Part shown: one piece after another, positions 55,142-64,000 of the stretch
Layout of the letters: every line of letters begins with the position of its first letter
Position numbering within the stretch: position 1 is the stretch's first letter
DNA from: Scenedesmus sp. PABB004
Lineage: Eukaryota
Assembly: GCA_014905635.1 (NCBI GenBank)
Contig: JABVCE010000013.1
Location: 186,001-250,000 of the forward strand
DNA length: 64,000 nt
Reading direction: 5' to 3'
The notes under the pieces: model-generated
Database searches by the model: none
The model's input: only the letters and a program-made list of their open reading frames with translations
What the model was told of the DNA's origin: nothing
Position numbers and translations under genes: made by a program

Positions 55142-56244
55142 ATGGCAAGCACGCGCGCGCGCTCCCTGTACGTCACGCTCAAGGAGGAGGCCGGTTTCGA
55201 GCCCCAGATCTTTTACTGTGAGCCGACCGAGGCCGTGCTCGACGCGCTGGTGGGCGCCGGGGGCGCCGACGCGACGACGGCGGCCCTGTCGATCAACAAC
55301 CACCGGTTCGAGGCCACCAACCTCCCCACCGACAGCGTGCTCGGCTCTCAGCTGATGTGCGCAGCCAGCCGCTGGCAGGGAGCCGGCGCGCTGCGCGGCG
55401 GCCCGCAGCGCGCCGCGCGCCGCGGCGCGCGGCGCGCCCAACTGCTGCTCTCGCCCGCGCCCCTGCAGGCACCGCGGGCTGCTCGAGCGCCTCAAGCAGC
55501 AGGTGGCTGCAAACGGCATTGACCTGAGCACGCACGAGGTGGTTGGGGGGCACCAGCGGCTCCGCGTGTCCAACCTCGCCAACTGGCTGGGGCCGAACGA
55601 CCTCAAGCCGTACGCCACGTTCAAGGTCCGCGCCGCCGCCGCCACGGCCCGCCGACGCCGCCGGGCCGCGGCCGCCGCTGCCGCCGCGGCCCGCCACCAT
55701 CGCCGGGCCGCGGCCTCGGTCCGCAGGCGCGGGACCTCGAGGGCATGGGGCTGCCGCGCGAGACGGTGCAGCAGCGCGCGCCCGCCTCGGGCCTGCACGT
55801 CGACACCATCAACAGGGACCTGTACAATGGGCTCAAGAACCGCCACCAGCAGGACAACATCGCGGTGCTGCTCACCTGCGCCGCGGCCAAGGACGGCGAG
55901 CTGGTGCCGGTCACGCTGGCGTGCGAGTGGGCAGGCAAGAGCAAGGTGAGCGCCCGGGGCGCCCCGGGCCAGGCGCGCCGCACCGCAGCGCGTCGCGGCG
56001 CGCCAGCGGGCGCGGCGCCGGGCCCGACGAGAAGCCGCCGCCGCCGCCGCAGCGCGCGTACGCAGAGATCATGCCCGGCGGCACTGTCGTCATGATGGGC
56101 ACCGCGGCGTTCAAGGTCCGCCACCAGGTGTGCATCGTGCCGGGCAGCGTCGCACTGCGCGTGCGCACGCTCATGGTGCCGAGGCTCAACCAGGCCGGCG
56201 CCGCCCACCTCGTGCCGGTGGCGACGGACGCGATGCAGGGGTGA
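55142..56244 (+). CDS. Orphan ~260-aa globular-looking protein (4 exons)
   Basis: Exons 55142-55356, 55469-55625, 55727-55945 and 56053-56244 have GT-AG junctions and join into an uninterrupted frame with normal amino-acid complexity. No domain recognised. Confidence 0.7.
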
Positions 56245-56340
56245 GGCACGCGGCGGCAGCGGTGGGGCTGCGCGTGCGTGTGGGTGTGCGTGTGTGGCCG
56301 GCGCGGCGCGGCTGCGGCGCGGCGCGAGCGGTCAGCACAC

Positions 56341-57168
56341 GGTCGCTGATGACCTGCGGGGCAGCGTGCGTGGCGCCGTGTGTGCGGCGGCACGTGCGCG
56401 CGTCGGCGCTGCCCCGCGCTTGCAGCGTTGACAGCACGAGCGGGCGCGCCGACTGGTCGTAGACCGCCTGCTGGCTGCTGTCCTGGTCGTAGACGTTGTC
56501 AAACGTGAACCTGCGCCCGGGAGGCCACGGCGGGGGTCGGTGCGCGCACGCGCGCGGCAGCTCCAGGGGGACAGGCACCGTGCGTCGCTGGCCGCTGCCG
56601 CCGCGTGCCGCCGCGTGCCGCCGCGCGCCGCCGCGTGCCGCCGCGTGCCGCGCCGCGCCTGTAGGTCGCGTAGAGCAGGCCGTCCGCGTTGGCCGCGCCG
56701 CTGAGCACGGCGGGCAGGTTCTCGCTGATCGTGATGAGCCGCCCGCTGCGCGCGTCGACGAGGCTCGTGCACTGGTACTCCCGGTAGCCCTGCAGCTCGC
56801 GCGGCAGCGGCGGCCGCACGCGGATGACGACCTGCGCGGGCGGACGCGGCGCGGGGCGGTGATACGGGGCGGCGGCGGCGTGTGGGCGGCTTGGCGCCGC
56901 GCGCGCTCCGGCGGCCGGCGCGGCGGCCGGCGCGGCAGTCAGCGGGCCGAGCGCGCGCGCCCGCTGCCGTCCCCGCCGCGCGCTGCGCTGCGCGCCGCCG
57001 CTGCCGCCGTGCCGGCCGCGCCCTCGCCGGGCCCCGCACCTTGAAGTTGTCGTCCCCCTCGGCCGGCGCGGCCCAGTCCTCGTCCGGCGGCCCGCCGCGC
57101 TCGTACGCCGCGCCGTCGTCGGCGGCGCCGAGCGCGTGGTGCTGCAGCTGCGCCATCATCTCCTGCAT
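56341..57168 (-). pseudogene. Inverted partial duplicate of the kinesin gene (exons 1-3 plus a short piece of exon 6)
   Basis: [13 protein letters not shown]...GDDNFK / [19 protein letters not shown]...LYATYR / FTFDNVYDQ...LVLSTLQ match 48777-49591. The 19 nt ccgcaggtcatcagcgacc match 50177-50195. No P-loop exon. Confidence 0.9.
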
Positions 57169-57491
57169 GCTGCGGGGCCTGTGGGTATTCGTGGACGCCA
57201 CGGATTGGCCGCACGTGCCCTGGGCGAGCTGCAGGGCGAGCGAAGCGCCGCGGCGGCGGCGGCGGCGCCCCCTTCTCCATTCCTATCGGGCTGCGCCGCG
57301 CCGCCGAGCTAGCCACAGGCGCCGAAACAGGCTCGCAAGCCGGGATCTTGACTGTCACTGCAGGAAAAAAACGCGACATCGCGCTTGCCGCGTGAGGTTG
57401 CTGCCTCAACGCGCACGCAATTACGAGTTCCTGCCTCTTCTCCGCCCACGAAGCAGCCCGCAGCGCGCGCAGGCACACCACACGCGCCAGC

Positions 57492-60434
57492 ATGCAGGCC
57501 CTGCGCTCCTCCGCCCGCGCCCCGGGCGCGGCGCGCGCCGGCAGGGAGGCGCAGCGGTTGCCCCTCGGCCTCGTCATGCTGCCCGTCCGGCCGGCGGGCC
57601 TCGTGGCGCGGCGCGCTGCCGCCGGCGCGAGCACATCGCGCAGCAGCCTGCGCGGTGGGCGCCGCGGGGCGCCGCGCGCCGCGCCGGCGGGCGCATGACG
57701 CGCTCCCGCAGGCGGGCGCCAATGGGGGCCTCGATCTGAGCCCGCCCCGCGCGCCCACGCGCAGTGCAAGCAGTGGCCGCTGTGGCCGAGAACGCCGTGG
57801 CCGCACCCAAAGCCGCCGAGGGTGCGCGCATGGCGCCGGCAGCCGGCGCCCGCGCTGGCGTCGTGAACTCTGCGCCCGCCCGCCCGGCCGCGGCGGCGGC
57901 GGCACCGCGCGGCGGGCCCGCCGCTGCCGTCGCCGCGCCGCGGTCCGCAGCGCGGCCAGCTCGTGCGCGCCGCCGCCGCCGCCGACCGCCCGCCGCGCCG
58001 CCGCCGCCTCTCCCCGCGCGCGCAGGCCAGGCGCGGCCGATCTTCCCCTTCACCGCCGTCATCGGCCAGGTGCGGCGCGGCGCGCCGCGCGCGCGCCACT
58101 CGCTCCCCGCGCCCCCTCGCGGCGGCCGGGCGGGCGCTCGGCGCCCGCCCCTTTCGCTCCCCACGCACGCTGCGCACTCGCGCGGGCGCGAGCGCCACGG
58201 CCGCACCCTCGCCCCCTCGCGCCGTCGCCGCCCGCCTCCCTCGCCCGCCCGCCTCGCCTCGCGCGTTTGAACTCACACTCACACTCAAACCCGCGCGCCC
58301 GGAATTCAAACCCTCCCTCCTCCCTCCTGCAGGAGGAGATGAAGCTCGCGCTCATCCTCAACGTGATTGACCCCAAGATCGGCGGCGTCATGATCATGGG
58401 CGACCGCGGCACCGGCAAGACCACGACCATCCGCGCGCTCGCCGACCTGCTGCCCCAGGTCCCCGTCGTCGCCAAGGACCCCTTCAACTCGGGTGAGACG
58501 ACGACGCGGCGGCGGCGGCGGCGGGGGTTGGGGGGGGGGGCGCTGGCGGCGGCTCGTGGGCCGCGGCGCGGCACGTCGCTCCGCGCGCCGCGCCCGCTGT
58601 GTCGCGTGCGGCGCCCGACAAACACGCACACAACACCCCCCCCCCCCCCCAGACCCGTACGACCCGGAGCTCATGAGCGAGGAGGTGCGGCAGCGGCTCA
58701 AGGCGGGCGAGCAGCTGCCCGTGGGCAGCATGAAGATCCCCATGGTCGACCTGCCCCTCGGCGCGACCGAGGACCGCGTGTGCGGCACGATCGACATCGA
58801 GAAGGCGCTCACAGAGGGTGCGGCGGGGGGCGGCGCGGGGGGCAGGAGGGGGGGGGCAGGAGGGGCCAGTGAGAGGGCGCGCGGCGCGGCGGAGGGCGCG
58901 GCGGGGGGCGCGCGGCCGACGGCACCCCGCCCCGCCCCCGCCCCGCGCGCGGCGGCCAGGCGTGAAGGCGTTTGAGCCGGGGCTGCTGGCCAAGGCCAAC
59001 CGCGGCATCCTCTACGTCGACGAGGCGCGGCGCGGCGCGGCGCACGCAGCACGCAGCACGCAGCACGCAGCGCGCAGCACGCAGCACGCAGTAGCGGCAG
59101 GCCCGCGCCGCGGGCGCGCTGCCCGCGGGGCCTCGCCTGGCCCCGCCCCACCCCCAGCCCCTCCCCGCCGCCCGGCCCGCGCGCTCGCCCGCCCTGCCCC
59201 GCGCGCTCACCCGCCCTGCCCCTCGCACCGTGCCTCCCACCACCACCACCACCACCCCCCCCCCCCCCCACACACACACACCCAGGTCAACCTGCTGGAC
59301 GACCACCTCGTAGACGTGCTGCTCGACAGCGCGGCGTCGGGCTGGAACACGGTCGAGCGCGAGGGCATCTCCATCAGCCACCCTGCGCGCTTCATCCTGG
59401 TCGGCTCGGGTGCGCGCTGCTGCCGCCGGCGGCGCGCGAGCTGCGCGGCGCGGGGCGGCCCGGGAGGCGAGCGAGCGGGCGGGCGCGCCGCGCTCACGGC
59501 CCCGCCGCGCCGCCGCGCCGCCGCGCCGCGCCGCGCCGCGCTGCAGGCAACCCCGAGGAGGGCGAGCTGCGCCCGCAGCTGCTGGACCGCTTTGGCATGC
59601 ACGCCCAGATCGGCACCGTGCGGGACCCCGAGCTGCGCGTGCAGATCGTGAGCGAGCGCAGCACGTTTGACGAGAACCCGGCCGAGTTCCACAAGCGCTA
59701 CGCCGACAAGCAGGCGCGACACGCGCGGCGCGCGCGACGCGCGCAGCGGGGGCCGCGGCGGCGCGGCGGCACCGCGGCGGCTGCGCAAGCGCCGGCGCCG
59801 GCGCCCTCCCTCCTCTGCTCTCTGGCCCCCTGGCCCTCACCCGACCCGCCCCGCGCGCGCGCGCGCACACAACACGCACAACGCACGCGCGCAGAACGCG
59901 CTGACGCAGCGCATCGTGGACGCGCGCGCCAAGCTCAAGAGCATCTCCATCCCCTACGACTTCCGCGTGAAGATCAGCGCGATCTGCAGCGAGCTCAACG
60001 TCGACGGCATCCGCGGCGACATCGTGTCCAACCGCGCGGCAAAGGCGCTCGCGTGCTTTGAGGGCCGCGACGAGGTGGCGGTGGAGGACATCTACCGGTG
60101 CGGCGCGGGGCGCGGGAGGAAGGGAGAGGGGGGGGGGGTGGCGGGCGCGTGCCCGCGGCGGGCGCGAGGCGCGGGCGGGCGGCGGGCGGGCGGCGTGGAG
60201 CGGGCGGGCGGCGGAAGCCCAGCGGGGCGCAGCGGCGCGGGGCGCGGCGGCGGCGGCGCGGCGCGCCTCTCACCCCGCCCCGCCCCCGCCCCCGCCCCCG
60301 CCCCCGCCCCGCCGCGGCCGCGCAGCGTCATCCCGCTGTGCCTCCGCCACCGGCTGCGCAAGGACCCCATGGCCGACATCGACAACGGCGACCGCGTGCG
60401 GCAGGTGTTCAAGCAGATCTTCGCGATGGAGTGA
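57492..60434 (+). CDS. CHLI: Magnesium chelatase subunit I, chloroplastic
   Basis: [105 protein letters not shown] and [10 protein letters not shown]. Confidence 0.98.
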
Positions 60435-61741
60435 GCAGCGACGGCGGCGCGGGGGCGCGAGCAGCGCGGGCGCACGAGCAGCAGCGTCGCGGCGCGTCGC
60501 GGCACGCGGCCCGGACGCCGCGGGCGGCGGCGCGGGCGCGCGCGCGGCGCGCGGCGCGCGGCGACGCGCAGCACGGGCGGGGCAGCAGGTGTTGTGGCGC
60601 GCGTTCACTGAGGGGCGGCGGGGGGCTGTTGACCTCAGCTGCCACGCGGGCAGCTGCGCAGGCGGGCGGCGCGTGCGGGGGCGGGACGCGGGCACGGCGG
60701 GGCGGGCACCTGGGCGCGGGCGGCGGCGGCGGCTGCAACGAGCGGCCGCGGTCTGCTGGGCATCCGGGCTGGTCGGTTGCAGCCGCCCGCTGGGGCCCCC
60801 GCCGTGCATGTGCCAGCACACGCGAGGAGCGCCCGCCGACCGGCAGCGCCGCCGCGCAGCACGCAAACAGCCTACACCTGCCAGGCAGTGCCCCCCCCCC
60901 TCCCCTTGTACACGCACGCGCGCCCCGCCCTCTTGCCCAGCAATCCACGGGGCCAGTCTTGCCTGCCGCGACGCGCGCACACGCCGCGCCGCAGCCCGCC
61001 CCGCTCCCGCCGCCGCAGCTGCCGTCCCGGCGTCCTGGGGCGCCGCGACCGCACCACCTGCTGGGGGCACACGCGCAACAGCACACGCGCGCGCGCACGC
61101 GGCGGGACGGCGAGCCGCCGTCGGGGCGTGAGGGCGGTGCGGCGGCCCGGCGCGGGGCGCTGTGGCGCTGGGCGCGCGCGTGCGCGCGGCGCGGCGCTGC
61201 CCAAATCGCAGTGCAGAGTCGAGAGCAATCACTCGTGTGGGTCATACCCATCACACCCCACGCCATCCATCACTCGTGAGCGCGCGGCGCGCGCGGCGGG
61301 GCAGCCCCTGCTGCCCGCCCCGCCGCCGCGCCGCTGGCTCGGCCGGCTCACCGTGCCGCTGAAATCGTACAAATGCCGCTGCACCGCTGCCGCAGCGCGC
61401 GCGCGCGTGGCCGCCAGAGGACGTGTAAGCTGCACCGTCCTCTCGGCGCGCGCGGCGCGCGCGAGCGCGCAGCGGCGCCGGCGCCGCCTCACTCCCTGCG
61501 GGGTGCGTCCCGCCCCAGCCGCGAGCGTGGGCGGCGGCCGCCGCCGCCCGGCCGCTGCCTGCTGCCGCCGCCGTCGCCGGGCACGCGCGCACTCCGGGTC
61601 GCGCTCCCCCGTGTCGCCCGCGCCGCCGCCGCTGGCGCATGGGCTGGGCGCAGGCGCTGCCGCGCGCTGCCTGCCGCGCGCGCTCCGCTCCGCGCGGCGC
61701 GCGCGCCCCGGGTCAATTCGGTCGCGCTCTCCACGTTGCGC

Positions 61742-62312
61742 TCACTTCTTTTTCGAGCCGCGCACGGCGACGCCCGCGGTCGTCACGCCGCCGACCTTGG
61801 CGTGCTGGTCCTCGCACGCGGCCTCGTCGAAGGGCAGCTTGGGGTGCTTGTTCTCCCAGTGGAGCTGCGGGCGGCGCGCGGGCGGGTCGGGCGCGCGAGC
61901 CGGGGCGGCCAGGAGCGCGCGGGCAGCGGTTTCGTCCGCGCCGCGCGGCGGCGGCTGCGGCGCCTGCCGCGCGGCAGCCGCTGCGGCGGCCGGGGGCGGC
62001 CGGCGCGCCGCGCGGGCGCGGGGGCGCCGGGCGGCGGGCACGCGGCGCGGCGGCGCGGCCCCCGGCGGGCGGCAGCAGCGGTGGCGCCGCTCCGCGCCGC
62101 GCCGCGCGCCGCGCGGAGCGCCGCCGCACCTGCATGCTGGTCAGGGAGGGCGCGTTGGTCATGCAGATGGGGCACTTGTACTTGGCGTGCCCCACGGCGC
62201 CGCCCTTGCGGTCCTGGAGGCCGGCCTTGCCGCCGCCCATGTTGGTGGTCGCGGCGTGCACCTTGGCCTTGATTTCCGCGGCCGTGTGCTTGGCGGGCTT
62301 GGCCTTCCCCAT
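61742..62312 (-). CDS. MBS: METHYLENE BLUE SENSITIVITY-type small C2H2 zinc-finger protein
   Basis: MGKAKPAKHTAAEIKAKVHAATTNMGGGKAGLQDRKGG..GHAKYKCPIC...MQ|LHWENKHPK...VRGSKKK, two exons. Confidence 0.88.
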
Positions 62313-63173
62313 GGCGAGCGGCCGCGCTGGCGCGCTGGCGGGGGCGGGGCGGCGCGCGCTGCGCTGCCGGGCTCGTCCTGGCGGGCGCTCGCTCTCGCCT
62401 GCTCGCGCGGCGGCGGTGTGTCACGCTGCGTCGGTGCTGTGAGATCGCACCGCGGGCGCGCGGGGCTGTGCGAGCGAGCGTCAAGCGCGGTTCTCCCTGC
62501 TGCTGCTCACCTCAGTGCCCCGCCGCTACCCGCCGCTGCCACACGCCGGTCTGCCGACAACAACACTCGCCGCACCGACCGCCCTGACGCGCGCCAGCAG
62601 AACGCGCGCAGCAGCAGCACCGTTTGGTCACAGTCGAAAGGCGCTGCTGCGGCGCCGCCACCCTCAGGTGCGTCCCCACGCTGCGTTCCGGCTGGCCGGG
62701 TGGCCGCGGCGGCGGGGTCACTCGGCAACGGAGGCGCTGGCGGAGAAATCTCGAGGCGCTGCCTGCCCGCGCCGAGCACCGGCCACGCCAGGCGCAGCCG
62801 GGCCCGGCAGGGGCCGTCCCGGACCCCCTTCGTGGCAGGGAGCGTGCGGGGCCGGGCGCCGCACCGCTCGTCGCGCGGCGGCGGGGCCAAACGCACGCGA
62901 TGCTGCTGTCCCGGCTCTCCGGGCGCGCGCGCGGGGCCCCCGCGCCCCCCGATCGGGGCCCTTCGCTCACGCCCCCGCCGCACGCTGCCCGTCCGCCGCA
63001 GGCCACGCCCGGGCGGCGCCGGTGGGGCGGCAACAGCAGGGGACGGCGGCGCGGCGATACCCCGCTGCCGGGGCATCTCGCGCCCTTGGCCGCCCCCGGC
63101 GCGCCCCTACGCGCGCCCTGCGGTGCCCCGCGCGGGTCGGCGCGGGCGCGGACCGCAGCACGTGAGCGCAGCG

Positions 63174-64000
63174 ATGCCGCCGGCGGGCGCGGCGGCGCCG
63201 CCCGCCGAGGAGTGCGCCGCCGCGGCCGGCGGCGACCCCGCGGCGGCGGCGCCCGCGGCGCCCGCGGCGCCCGCGGCGCCCATGCGCCGCGTCGCGTCGG
63301 CGCCGGCGTTCAAGCACGCGCACGCGCACCCGGCGCCCCTGGGCGCGGCGGCGGTCGCGCTCGCGCAGGCCGACGCGGAGGCGGAGGCCGCCGCGCAGGC
63401 GGCGGCGGCAGCGGCCGGCGCCGCGCCGGGCAGCGGCCGCGGCGCCGGCGCGCCGGCGCGGCGCGGCCTCTTTGGCTGGCGCGCCGGCGCGGCGAGCGCG
63501 GCGCGCGCGCCTGGGCGGCGGCGGCGCCCGCCGCAGCGCGCGCGCCGGCGCCGCCGCCGCGCTGCGCGACGTGCGCGGGCGGGCGGTGCAGCTGCCTCGA
63601 GGTCTACGTCGTGAGCCGCGCGTTCAGCGAGTTTGGGGGCGACGTGATCAAGCGGCTGCCGCCCGAGGCGAAGCAGCACCTCGTCGACATTGGCATCTGC
63701 CACTACATGACCGTTTTCCGAACGCCCGACGGACAGCTCGTGCAGTTTGACTTTGGCCCGCTCGGCGGCGACGTGCAGAAGGCGCACGGCCCCGTCGCGG
63801 CGCTCCTGCGCCGCGCGCACGCCGCGGCCGCGGCGGCGCAGGCGGCGGCGCGCGGCGGCGCGGCGGCGCCGCAGCTCGCGTGCGCGGGCGCGGCTGGCGG
63901 CGGCAGCGGCGACGGCCGCGGCGGCGACGGCGGCGGCGGCGGGCGCGGCATGGCGCACAGCGCCTCTGTGCCGCTGCTGCTGCCGCTTGCGAGCCTCGAC
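63174..64000 (+). CDS. Hypothetical protein, 5' part (runs off window)
   Basis: Low-complexity N-terminus (MRRVASAPAF), then globular exon LEVYVVSRAFSEFGG...GICHYMTVFRTPDGQLVQFDFGPLGGDV. Confidence 0.65.

Overview
This is a gene-dense, extremely GC-rich (visually about 80%) eukaryotic nuclear region with short spliceosomal introns and TGTAA poly(A)-type signals. The gene content (CHLI, DPE2, MBS, a CTR-type Cys-Met protein) indicates a chlorophyte green alga. About 25 gene models can be reconstructed by eye. Recognisable genes are GBF1/GNOM (5' part), a PRXL2/AhpC-TSA-like protein, a CTR3-like copper protein, PDH E1-alpha, Mpv17/PMP22, an ankyrin protein, DPE2, a RIIa micro-protein, SmD3, a SET-like protein, a Rab18-like GTPase, MIC60, CFIm25, PAF1, a kinesin, CHLI and MBS; the rest are orphans. 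Most genes sit in head-to-head pairs, and most long ORFs in the supplied track are GC artefacts. The most unusual structure is two independent long inverted duplications, each bracketing a multi-kb segment. One is ~530 bp and gives two divergent genes the same 3' end and poly(A) signal. The other is an intact-looking second promoter plus exons 1-3 of the kinesin, with only synonymous changes in the motor exons. Both could be inversion scars or invertible cassettes. Also notable: an 83-bp block shared by introns of two unrelated genes (introner-like), a very high frequency of GC-AG introns, a tandem SpoVS-like protein, and a GPI-type Cys-Met protein with twin GTAC copper-response cores. All coordinates and exon structures are manual reconstructions; no searches were run.
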